From positions 3,203 to 67,202 of the forward strand of contig JBBRWO010000002.1 of assembly GCA_038249135.1 (NCBI GenBank): 64,000 bases of DNA, read 5' to 3'. Numbering within the stretch: the first letter of the stretch is position 1; every line of letters begins with the position of its first letter. The notes under the pieces were generated by a model. The model saw only the letters and a list, made by a program, of their open reading frames with translations. It was not told the DNA's origin and searched no databases. Shown in pieces: positions 1-7,680 of this stretch. The stretch comes from Coriobacteriia bacterium. Lineage in GTDB: Bacteria > Actinomycetota > Coriobacteriia > Anaerosomatales > JAAXUF01. Position numbers and translations under genes: made by a program.

Positions 1-290
1 TCGAGTTCCGGCTTTGCGACGTAGTCGGGTAGCCAGCCGCCGACCTCCGTCGTCAGCGTGAGCTTGCCGTCCGAGAATGCGCCGGCGCCGCCCCATCCGG
101 TCATGATGTCGCAGGTGCGGCAGCCCACACAGGCGGTCTCGCGCGCAGGGCACTTACGCCGAGGAATCGCGTGGCCCTTCTCGAGGATGAGGATGCGCGT
201 GGACGGCTCACTCCGCATGAGCTCGAGAGCGGCGAAGATGCCGGCGGGGCCGGCACCAACGATGATGACGTCGTAATCGGGGGAAGACAC
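1..290 (-). CDS. FAD-dependent oxidoreductase, N-terminal fragment (gene continues past the window start)
   Basis: Own minus-strand translation from GTG at 290: VSSPDYDVIIVGAGPAGIFAALELMRSEPSTRILILEKGH...CVGCRTCDIMTGWGGAGAFSDGKL. It has a GxGxxG Rossmann motif, and a GAGGAG SD lies 9 nt upstream. An in-frame ATG at 356 would add MITDGLKPEPEPEPETHEESIT. Confidence 0.7.
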   Translation of the reverse strand, partial: MSSPDYDVIIVGAGPAGIFAALELMRSEPSTRILILEKGHAIPRRKCPARETACVGCRTCDIMTGWGGAGAFSDGKLTLTTEVGGWLPDYVAKPEL

Positions 291-307
291 TGTGATGGAC
301 TCCTCGT

Positions 308-344
308 GGGTTTCAGGCTCGGGTTCAGGCTCGGGTTTCAGGCC
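308..344. repeat. Three tandem copies of a 12-13 nt unit
   Basis: Read directly: gggtttcaggctc (308-320), gggttcaggctc (321-332), gggtttcaggcc (333-344). On the minus strand, in frame with the FAD gene, this reads PEPEPEPE. Confidence 0.9.
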
Positions 345-415
345 GTCGGTAATCATACCTGCGGTGTCAAGCGTTGAAGATAAACGGTCGTTCGAAACGG
401 ACAAAGGGGTTCCCT

Positions 416-691
416 GTGCCGACAAGCGGAAACAACAGCCACTCACCCCGGATCACCGTGTTCACGACCCCCTCGTGTCCGTGGTGCAAGGTCGCGAAAC
501 GCTACATCGCCGACAAGGGCCTGCAGTTCCGGGAAGTGAACGTAATCGCCAACCCTAAGGGCCACCAGGAGATGGTGCGCATGACCGGCCAATCCGGGGT
601 CCCCGTGATTCGGGTCGGAGAGCACGCGATGGTTGGGTGGGATGAGCGCGAGTTCGAGAAACTGCTGAGCGGGAAGTTCAAGCAGCGCTGA
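416..691 (+). CDS. Glutaredoxin-like small redox protein (thioredoxin fold, CPWC active site)
   Basis: ITVFTTPSCPWCKVAKRYIADKGLQFREVNV...SGVPVIRVG. The ORF track gives 374..691 from a TTG start. The GTG at 416 has an AAAGGGG SD 6 nt upstream. Confidence 0.8.
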   Translation: MPTSGNNSHSPRITVFTTPSCPWCKVAKRYIADKGLQFREVNVIANPKGHQEMVRMTGQSGVPVIRVGEHAMVGWDEREFEKLLSGKFKQR

Positions 692-763
692 TAGCGTTGG
701 CGCCGGGTAGGGGGCAACGGGGGCCATGCACCTACACGCGGCAGTCAGCGAAGGCTGAACGCC

Positions 764-2149
764 CTAGTTGATGGCGCCCGACGACATGTTGGGCGGATCG
801 ACGAACTTCGTGTAGCGGTCGTTGAAGACCAACTGCACGGTGTCGGTGGGTCCGTTACGATGCTTGGCCACGATGAGCTCGGCCGTGCCCTTCTGCGGAC
901 GACCGTCTTCCTCTTCGCCGCGCGGGTCGGTGTTGCGGTCGATGAACATGACCACGTCGGCGTCCTGCTCGATGGCGCCGGACTCGCGGAGGTCGGAGAG
1001 TTGCGGACGCTTGCCCGCGCGCTGCTCGACCGCTCGGGACAACTGAGAAAGAGCGATGATCGGGACCCCGAGCTCCTTCGCGAGAATCTTGAGGCCTCGG
1101 GAAATCTCGGCAATCTCCGTCTGGCGGCTCTCGGAGCGGCTGTTGTGCGACTGCATGAGCTGCAGGTAGTCGACGATGATCAGACCCTTGGGCTTGTCGC
1201 GGAGCTGACGCCTGGCCTTGGCGCGAATCTCGAGGATCGAGATCGATGGCGTGTCGTCGACGTAGAACTCCAGGTTCGCGAGCTTGCCCATAGCGTTATG
1301 AATCGAGAACCAGTCCGATTCCTTCACGTAGCCGGTGCGCACGTCCTGCAGGTTGATGAGCGCCTCGGCGCAGAGTACACGCTGCATGAGCTGCTCGGCG
1401 CCCATCTCCAGAGAGAACACGGCTACCGCTGCGCCCGCTTTCGCGGCATTGACCGCGATATTGAGAGCCAATGCCGTCTTGCCGACAGCCGGTCGAGCCG
1501 CCAAGACGATGAGGTCGCCAGCGTGCATGCCGGCAAGCAGCCTGTCGAGCTTCTTGAACCCGGTGGGCACTCCGGTGACGTGCTGCTTCTTCTCGGCCAA
1601 CTCCTCGAGCTGTTCGAACGATATCTTGAGGAGGTCGTTGATGTACTTGAAGTTGCTCTGAACGCGCTTGTTGGTAACGTCGAATACGAGCTTCTCGGCG
1701 TCGCCGACTACCTTGCTCATGTTGTCAGGGGCGTCATAACCAAGGGCCACGATCTGCGTGCCGGCACCGATGAGCTGACGCAGCATCGACGTGCGCTGCA
1801 CGATCTCAGCGTAGCGGCTCCAGTTGGCGGTTGTGGGAACCACTCCGGTGACGTCGAGGAGATACGTCTTGCCGCCGGCGGCCTCGAGCTCACCGCTCGA
1901 CTCGAGCCGATCCGCGATCGAAAGATGGTCGATCGGGATCGAGCGATTCTGCAGATCGGCCATGGCGGAGAAGATTCGCGCGTGAGCCGGACGGTAGAAA
2001 TCCTGCGGCTGCAGCATCGCCAACGCGCCCTCAACTGCTTCAGAAGAAAGGAACATCGCGCCGAGAATTGCCTGCTCAGCCTCCAAATTGTGCGGAGGAA
2101 CGCGGTCGAAGCCGCCTGATCGCTCTATCCGGAATTCGCCGTCGGCCAT
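764..2149 (-). CDS. dnaB: Replicative DNA helicase DnaB
   Basis: N-terminus has PPHNLEAEQAILGA, Walker A is ARPAVGKTALALN, and IIVDYLQLM and SQLSR motifs are present. The ATG at 2149 has a GAGGGAG SD 5 nt upstream. The track start at 2185 is less likely. Confidence 0.95.
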   Translation of the reverse strand: MADGEFRIERSGGFDRVPPHNLEAEQAILGAMFLSSEAVEGALAMLQPQDFYRPAHARIFSAMADLQNRSIPIDHLSIADRLESSGELEAAGGKTYLLDVTGVVPTTANWSRYAEIVQRTSMLRQLIGAGTQIVALGYDAPDNMSKVVGDAEKLVFDVTNKRVQSNFKYINDLLKISFEQLEELAEKKQHVTGVPTGFKKLDRLLAGMHAGDLIVLAARPAVGKTALALNIAVNAAKAGAAVAVFSLEMGAEQLMQRVLCAEALINLQDVRTGYVKESDWFSIHNAMGKLANLEFYVDDTPSISILEIRAKARRQLRDKPKGLIIVDYLQLMQSHNSRSESRQTEIAEISRGLKILAKELGVPIIALSQLSRAVEQRAGKRPQLSDLRESGAIEQDADVVMFIDRNTDPRGEEEDGRPQKGTAELIVAKHRNGPTDTVQLVFNDRYTKFVDPPNMSSGAIN

Positions 2150-2217
2150 GTTGCTCCCTCTCGTGTCCGCCGGCACTCGCGACAAAACTGTCGGCGCCTC
2201 ACGGACTGCAGGAGGTG

Positions 2218-2239
2218 ATTCTAGCGAACGTCACTGACA
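2218..2239 (-). promoter_or_regulatory. PafBC-type (RecA-NDp-like) promoter motif upstream of dnaB
   Basis: The minus strand reads c-TGTCAGTG-acgttcgc-TAGAAT. This is an exact fit to the remembered motif TGTCRGTG-N8-TAnnnT. The -10 element ends 69 nt upstream of the dnaB ATG. Confidence 0.5.
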
Positions 2240-2271
2240 GGGGCGACGGCGGTTCAGGCCGTCCATGCGCG

Positions 2272-2353
2272 ATGTCCACAGGCGCCCCGACGCTCACCTG
2301 CGCAGATACGAGTTATCCCCAGTATCCACCGATTCCCGAGTAACTTCTCCACA
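2272..2353 (+). other. Cluster of four DnaA-box-like 9-mers upstream of dnaB
   Basis: ATGTCCACA (2272-2280), TTATCCCCA (2313-2321), GTATCCACC (2322-2330) and TTCTCCACA (2345-2353). All are in the same orientation, with 1-2 mismatches to TTATCCACA/TTGTCCACA. Confidence 0.35.
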
Positions 2354-2424
2354 GACGCGAACAGCGCCGCCCCCACGTGGGAGGCGACGCTGTTCGGTGA
2401 TGAAACCTTGAACCGAAGTGCAGC

Positions 2425-3030
2425 CTACTCGGCGGCCTCGGCTTCGTCGTCCTCGTCGACCGCGACGTCAGTCTCGGCCTGCTCGGCGGTCTCTTCGACG
2501 ATCTCGACGAACGGCTCGCCGTCGGCGCCAATGCCCTCGACCTCGGCCACAACGGTCTCAGCGACCGGAGTGGACTCGACGTGACCCTCGCCCACGACGT
2601 TGATGCTGAGCTCAGCCTTCACGTCACGGTAGATAGAGATGGTGACCGGGTGCAGCCCGGCGGTCTTGATGTGACCGTGGGTCTCGATCTTGCGCTTGTC
2701 CAGCTCGACGCCCAGTTGCGCGACGATGGCGGACTCGATCATGGTCGACGTGACGGAGCCGAACAAACGACCCTCGTCGCCAACCTTGGCCTCGATGGTG
2801 ACGACCTTGTCGTTCAGAGCGGCGGCAAGCTTATCCGCGTCTGACAAACGGCTCTCCTCGCGCACCTTGATGTTCTTGGAGCGCTGCTCGAGCTGCTTGA
2901 GATTGCCCTTGGTGGCCTCGATGGCTACCTTGCGGGGCATGAGGTAGTTGACCGCAAAGCCGCGAGCGACCTCGATCACGTCGCCCTCGCCTCCGCGACC
3001 TTTCAGTTCCTGCAACAGGATGACCTTCAT
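2425..3030 (-). CDS. rplI: 50S ribosomal protein L9 with long acidic C-terminal tail
   Basis: Begins MKVILLQELKGRGGEGDVIEVARGFAVNYLMPRKVA. An AAGGAG SD is present. The protein is 201 aa, and the last ~50 aa are Glu/Asp/Ala-rich. Confidence 0.95.
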   Translation of the reverse strand: MKVILLQELKGRGGEGDVIEVARGFAVNYLMPRKVAIEATKGNLKQLEQRSKNIKVREESRLSDADKLAAALNDKVVTIEAKVGDEGRLFGSVTSTMIESAIVAQLGVELDKRKIETHGHIKTAGLHPVTISIYRDVKAELSINVVGEGHVESTPVAETVVAEVEGIGADGEPFVEIVEETAEQAETDVAVDEDDEAEAAE

Positions 3031-3085
3031 GGTTACTCCTTCAATGTCGCCGGACGGACAGATCCGTCCGGACGGCAGTTCTCAC

Positions 3086-4045
3086 TTACCAACGCCTGGA
3101 TGGCTCCACTGGCGCTGCCGGCAACTCCCCGTCTCGGGGTAGGCGCCGGAAGTTGATCCAAAAATCCAAAAGCCCGGAAAAGCTGATCGCAGCCGTGAAC
3201 ACGTCGAGCGCGGCGAGCGCAGCCAGCCCAAGGATGCGCCCGCCGAGACCGACGCCGGCCCGATCGAGCACTCCCGCAGCCACACCGATTCCCTGAAGGA
3301 AGAACAGTGCGCGTGCACACAACACGAGATTCAGCCCCACGACGCCAAACGTAATCGACGCCGAGAAGGGCCCGTACGAAGCCGCTACCAAGAGGACGCC
3401 CGCAACGAACACCCACAGCACATGCGGCGTGATATCAAGCCGCGACAGTGACGGGACATCGAGCGAGACGCCACCTCCACGAGAGGCCCACGCTATGGCT
3501 GCCACAACGAGTACAGCCAAGAACACCGCTGACTGGAAGTACGTCGACGGCCAAGACGAGACAATCAACTTCGTCGTCTGCGCCATCTGCGCGGCCAGAT
3601 CGGGCGGAGCGGATGCTCCGAGTGATTTGACCAGCCCAGCTGTGACGAGCTTGGCCTGCTCGGCGACCTGCGCGGGAAGTGTTGTCCCGGCAGCGCGAGC
3701 AGCAAGCGCATCGAATCCCGCACCCGTCAACGCGAACACGCCGATAAGGCTGCCCGCAACGACCTGGAACGAGACTTTGGGAAGCAGCGCCACAGCGAGC
3801 ACGACTGCGAGCATGACCGGAGCCACGTAAAGCGCTCCACCGGGCGTGGGGAAACTCGCGAACAAGATCCCGAACCCGGCCGCAGCCGCGGCGATGATGC
3901 CACGACCCCGGTACGTCAAACCAGCGATGCCGGCGGCCGCGATCGGCAGGCCGAAGACCGCCACTGACGATGTCAGCGCCGCTCCCAGGACCGTCGCCAC
4001 GACGAGCAGCAACACGTCACGCGTGCTTGTGGTGCGAACCTCCAC
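3086..4045 (-). CDS. Polytopic membrane protein, DUF2232/YybS-like by context
   Basis: It has about 8 hydrophobic helices. It sits between rpsR and rplI, as yybS does in Firmicutes. It starts with GVG... no: it starts with GTG. The family assignment is from memory and context only. Confidence 0.5.
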   Translation of the reverse strand: MEVRTTSTRDVLLLVVATVLGAALTSSVAVFGLPIAAAGIAGLTYRGRGIIAAAAAGFGILFASFPTPGGALYVAPVMLAVVLAVALLPKVSFQVVAGSLIGVFALTGAGFDALAARAAGTTLPAQVAEQAKLVTAGLVKSLGASAPPDLAAQMAQTTKLIVSSWPSTYFQSAVFLAVLVVAAIAWASRGGGVSLDVPSLSRLDITPHVLWVFVAGVLLVAASYGPFSASITFGVVGLNLVLCARALFFLQGIGVAAGVLDRAGVGLGGRILGLAALAALDVFTAAISFSGLLDFWINFRRLPRDGELPAAPVEPSRRW

Positions 4046-4051
4046 GAAGAA

Positions 4052-4315
4052 CTACCTTCCGCCCCTGCGGTCGATACGGCCGCTGATGACCGGAACGGTG
4101 TACGGGACGAGTGCCATTTCACGACCGCGCTTGACGGCGATCGAGAGCACGTGCTGGTGCTGGGCGCAGTTGCCTGAGACCCGACGCGGCTTGATCTTGC
4201 CACGGTCGGTCATGAACTTGCGCAGCATCTGCACGTCCTTGTAGTCGATGAACTCGACGTGGTCCTTGCAGAACTGGCAGTACTTACGACGCGGCTTGCG
4301 TGCGAAATCGGACAT
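4052..4315 (-). CDS. rpsR: 30S ribosomal protein S18
   Basis: [52 protein letters not shown] is present. Confidence 0.95.
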   Translation of the reverse strand: MSDFARKPRRKYCQFCKDHVEFIDYKDVQMLRKFMTDRGKIKPRRVSGNCAQHQHVLSIAVKRGREMALVPYTVPVISGRIDRRGGR

Positions 4316-4399
4316 GTTTCTGACCTCCTTCCGCGATGGTAGTCGCGGTGTTGATACGGTGTGCGCCCGAGGGGAGGACGCGGGATAGAGTGTTGGTGC

Positions 4400-4828
4400 C
4401 TAGAACGGGATGTCTTCCTCGACGGGGCTCGACGCCGGAGCGCTCTTGGAAGCAGGTGCGCTGTAGCCGCTTCCGCCACCCTGACCGCCACCTTCGCCAC
4501 GCGCGCTCAAGAACTCGATCTCATCGGCGATGATCTCGACCTTGGAACGCTTGTCGCCCTCGGGAGTCTCCCACTGGCTCCAGCGCAGCTTGCCTTCGAC
4601 CGCGAGCTTCGAACCCTTGCTCAGGAAACGCGAAACGGACTCTGCGCGCGTACCGAACATGGTCACGTCGAAGAAGTTGGGAACGTCCTCCCACTCCCCT
4701 GACTGCGGGTTCTTGCGACGATCGTTGACGGCGATACCCATTTTGAGAATGGGCAGGCCGCCCGCCGACTGACGAAGCTCCGGATCGCGGGTAAGGTTGC
4801 CGCTGATGCAAACTCGGTTGATGCTCAT
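4400..4828 (-). CDS. ssb: Single-stranded DNA-binding protein
   Basis: Begins MSINRVCISGNLTRDPELR, an OB fold. It has a Gly-rich linker and an acidic tip, EEDIPF. Confidence 0.95.
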   Translation of the reverse strand: MSINRVCISGNLTRDPELRQSAGGLPILKMGIAVNDRRKNPQSGEWEDVPNFFDVTMFGTRAESVSRFLSKGSKLAVEGKLRWSQWETPEGDKRSKVEIIADEIEFLSARGEGGGQGGGSGYSAPASKSAPASSPVEEDIPF

Positions 4829-4905
4829 TTTGAAACCACCTTCTGATCTACACGGATTCGGGCATTTGCACCCGAGGCCGCGGAACGAGCCGCATTGCGA
4901 GGGAA

Positions 4906-5220
4906 CTAGGCCTTAACGCCTTTGACCTTGTCCTTGTCCTCGCGATTCACGAGCATGAACCGCACCACGGGATCAGTGATTCGCAGTACGCGGTCGAGCT
5001 CGGCGATTGCGGCCGGCGCGGTGTGGAAGTCAACAAGGACGTAATCGCCCTCGGTTACCTTGTTGATCTCAAAGGCGAGCTTGCGCTTGCCCCACGAGTC
5101 AACGGTATCCACCACGCCCCCGTCAGCGGTGATAACGCCCTGGACCTTGTCCAGAACGCCCGCACGGGCCTCATCATCAAGAGAGGGGTTGAGCATAAGC
5201 AGCAGTTCGTAAGCCTTCAT
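4906..5220 (-). CDS. rpsF: 30S ribosomal protein S6
   Basis: Begins MKAYELLLMLNPSLDDEA. The ATG at 5220 has a GGGGAGGTG SD. The track start at 5304 is an upstream extension. Confidence 0.95.
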   Translation of the reverse strand: MKAYELLLMLNPSLDDEARAGVLDKVQGVITADGGVVDTVDSWGKRKLAFEINKVTEGDYVLVDFHTAPAAIAELDRVLRITDPVVRFMLVNREDKDKVKGVKA

Positions 5221-5300
5221 ATGTGTCACCTCCCCTGGGCTAGTCGGCCCCGGGACTATGAAGGCGCACCCCGGAGCAGGAAATGAGCCTGTGGAGTGTA

Positions 5301-6389
5301 TCACCGGCTCGCGACTGCGGCAACATCGTCTCCTATGGCACTGACAGGAACCTTACCGAGACCTTCCACGCCACCCGCGCGCCACAGCGGCCAGAGCGCG
5401 CCGACCGCACACAGCACCCCCACCGCAAGCAGCGCAGCCGTGCGAGCGCCGCGTCCCGCCACCCTGATTCCCCGGGAGATCGCCGAGCCGAGACGGCCGT
5501 CCTTTGCCGCCGACGACGCAATGCGTGCAACCTTGGCGCCCGTGGAGAGGACTTCGCCCGCATCCGCCAACACGCCCGTTGCCTGCATCACGCCGGTCAC
5601 CGGCTCGCCGCTGCCCGCAAGCGTGACTCCGGGCGCGACCTCACCCGCAGCCTGTACCTCACTTGCACCTGCGACGCCGGAACCCGCGCCTGCGGTCACG
5701 TAAGCTCCCGAGCCGCTCGTAACCGCGACTCCCGACCCAGCGCCAGACAGAGCAGATACCTCGCCTCCAGCACCCACGCTGATTCCGGGCGCGACCTCGG
5801 CCCCGGCCGGCACCCCCGCCTGTGCGCCAGAGGTCGCCCCGAGTGGCTCGCCCGCCGTCTCCGGCTGCTCCTCTGAGTCCGGTCGCGTCGTCACCGGTGC
5901 CGCAAGAAGAGTCGTCGGATCCAGATACAGGCTGCCTGAGCGCAGCCCCATGTGGAGATGCGTTCCGGCTGAAGATCCGTCGCCTCCGGCAGAGACTGTC
6001 CCAACGCTCCCACCCTCATCGACCGAGTCTCCGCGCACTACCGTCGCTCGATCCAGCGGCAGCAGCGTGATCGACCCCTGCGCCGTCCGAATCGTCGCCG
6101 CGAGCATCGTCACGCCTCCGGCCGCAGGGACGCGGCCGACGAAGGTGACCTCACCAGCCAGCGGCGCCACGACCTCGGCGCCTTCTGCGGCAGCCAGGTC
6201 GAGACCGTGGTGTGTCGCGGAGCTTCCGTCGGCAGCGACATAGGTGGCGCCGAAGCCGAGCTGCACCCCGGCGTCACCACTTCCCAACGGCGATCGAGCG
6301 CCTGCGGCAGCCGGCGCGGCAAACACCCCTGTCGCAATGACAACCGCCGCGATCATTCGACCCATGGAAATTCGTAGTGGAGCATGCAT
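5301..6389 (-). CDS. Secreted M23 (LytM-type) metallopeptidase with Gly/Ala/Ser/Val-rich repeats and a C-terminal TM helix
   Basis: The signal-like N-terminus is MHAPLRISMGRMIAAVVIATGVFAAPAAA. M23 motifs are HHGLDLAA and GTHLHMGLRSGSLYLDP. The ATG at 6389 has a GAGGAG SD. The track ORF 5301..6686 runs across the tRNA. Confidence 0.8.
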   Translation of the reverse strand: MHAPLRISMGRMIAAVVIATGVFAAPAAAGARSPLGSGDAGVQLGFGATYVAADGSSATHHGLDLAAAEGAEVVAPLAGEVTFVGRVPAAGGVTMLAATIRTAQGSITLLPLDRATVVRGDSVDEGGSVGTVSAGGDGSSAGTHLHMGLRSGSLYLDPTTLLAAPVTTRPDSEEQPETAGEPLGATSGAQAGVPAGAEVAPGISVGAGGEVSALSGAGSGVAVTSGSGAYVTAGAGSGVAGASEVQAAGEVAPGVTLAGSGEPVTGVMQATGVLADAGEVLSTGAKVARIASSAAKDGRLGSAISRGIRVAGRGARTAALLAVGVLCAVGALWPLWRAGGVEGLGKVPVSAIGDDVAAVASR

Positions 6390-6529
6390 CGTGATCTCCT
6401 CGCCTTCTGGGCAAGGAACGGGTGTCTGAGGGTTATACGAACAGGTGTTCGACGCGAGAGGCGCAACTCCTGCAAGTTCGCCGAGAACGAGCGACGGCCG
6501 CCCTAGGGGGACGGCCGAGAAAGGCGCGC

Positions 6530-6604
<75 letters not shown>

Positions 6605-6648
6605 GCGCCGCGAAAGTGTATCCCAGCGCGCACGAGCGCCGCAAACAC

Positions 6649-6680
6649 GTAGCGCCGCCAGACGAATCCGGCGGCGCTAC
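6649..6680 (-). terminator. Hairpin terminator downstream of the DUF5679 gene
   Basis: The arms form a perfect 11-bp stem, gtagcgccgcc/ggcggcgctac, with a 10-nt loop. On the minus strand it is followed by GTGTTTGCGG. Confidence 0.55.
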
Positions 6681-6704
6681 GATCACTAACTCAAGTGGCT
6701 TGTC

Positions 6705-6854
6705 TTACGACTTGCCGATCTTGAAGATCTTGGTTCCGCATTCAGGACAGATGCCCTGGCTTGCCGGACGTCCGTTCTTCATGGTGATTTCCTGGGCGTC
6801 CTTCATTTCCCTCTTGGCCTTGCACTTAACGCAGTATCCTTCTTTAGCAGCCAT
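6705..6854 (-). CDS. Small zinc-ribbon protein (DUF5679-like)
   Basis: MAAKEGYCVKCKAKREMKDAQEITMKNGRPASQGICPECGTKIFKIGKS, with CxxC...CxxC. The ATG at 6854 has an AAGGAGGTG SD. Confidence 0.7.
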   Translation of the reverse strand: MAAKEGYCVKCKAKREMKDAQEITMKNGRPASQGICPECGTKIFKIGKS

Positions 6855-7019
6855 TCGCGCAGTCACCTCCTTGTTCGATGCGATCTGGCAACGGCCGCAC
6901 ACCCGGGCAGGCATGGCCGTGGCGCTTTGATGGTCCCCTCGGGGCAGGAACTTCCTGCCTTCACTAGGAAATACTACAGAATCCCGCGCAGTTGTCACGC
7001 CTTGCCTATTTCGCGACTT

Positions 7020-7676
7020 TCAGAGTGCGTTTCTTTCCGAGGTCTTGAGCAGCTTCGCAAGCCACGCGAGCACGGCCGCGCCCATCGCCATAGTGAGCGC
7101 CCACGCGGCTCCGGACGTGGCCCAGAAGGGCTCTGGGAACGTCTGGATCAGCAGCGAGTCATACGCGAATGTCCACGTCCCCGAGGCGAAGAACAACCCG
7201 TGAAACGCCGTGAAGAAGCTGTCGAAATTAGAGACGGCCGCGATGACGGCCAGGATGATCAGTGCCAGCGTGAGGATTGCTCCCGCCCGCAGCGCCACAA
7301 CGATGGCGTCGATCCGCTTACGCCTGAACTTCACCACGATCCACCCGGTCACGAGCAGCGTGAGCACGCCAGTGAAGAGTCGCGCGCGGCTCAGAATCAC
7401 GCGCACGTCGACCAGATGTGAACTCGCGGCCGCGTCGAACCCGGATCGGCCGTCGACAGTGACCGGTAGCGTATCAGCATTGCTCTCCACGACAAACGCG
7501 CGAACCTGCTCGGCGACTTCGAGCATGCGCTCGGAGGGCAGCCCGGCCTCCTCGGCAAGGGAATAGCGCGAGGAGAGGGTGCGCGTGAAGGCGGCGCCTG
7601 TGAGGGGCAGGATGGCGATTCCGGCAACCATCAGCGCGAGTGCGAAGCCAATGGCCCATGCCGAGAAGGATCGCAT
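7020..7676 (-). CDS. Integral membrane protein (TIGR01906/DUF1461-like)
   Basis: Four TM segments with an extracytoplasmic loop, and a C-terminal region FHGLFFASGTWTFAYDSLLIQTFPEPFW. The start at 7676 lies 4 nt after the upstream stop. The family was recalled from memory. Confidence 0.6.
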   Translation of the reverse strand: MRSFSAWAIGFALALMVAGIAILPLTGAAFTRTLSSRYSLAEEAGLPSERMLEVAEQVRAFVVESNADTLPVTVDGRSGFDAAASSHLVDVRVILSRARLFTGVLTLLVTGWIVVKFRRKRIDAIVVALRAGAILTLALIILAVIAAVSNFDSFFTAFHGLFFASGTWTFAYDSLLIQTFPEPFWATSGAAWALTMAMGAAVLAWLAKLLKTSERNAL

Positions 7677-7680
7677 CGCG

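Noticed and set aside
841-862. TGTCGGTG-N7-TACGAT on the plus strand, resembling the PafBC-type motif
   Set aside because: The spacer is 7 nt rather than 8. The site lies inside dnaB coding sequence in the antisense direction, with no downstream plus-strand gene. Several chance 8-mer hits are expected in 128 kb of searched sequence.
860-2119. Long ORFs antisense to real genes. Examples are 860..2119 (+) opposite dnaB, 15221..17011 (+) opposite hcp, 25885..28347 (+) opposite dinG, 33547..34983 and 37355..38818 opposite the ATPases, 43055..44263 and 44254..45207 (-), 19682..20866 (+), and 35798..36700 / 35892..36782 (-) opposite sdaAA.
   Set aside because: These are typical high-GC shadow ORFs. 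They are rich in Arg/Ala/Gly/Pro and have no recognisable motifs. Each lies opposite a gene with unambiguous family signatures and a proper SD.
5560-5800. Apparent DNA-level repeats in the 5.56-5.80 kb region
   Set aside because: They are explained by the imperfect G/A/S/V-rich protein repeats of the M23 peptidase and are not an independent repeat element.
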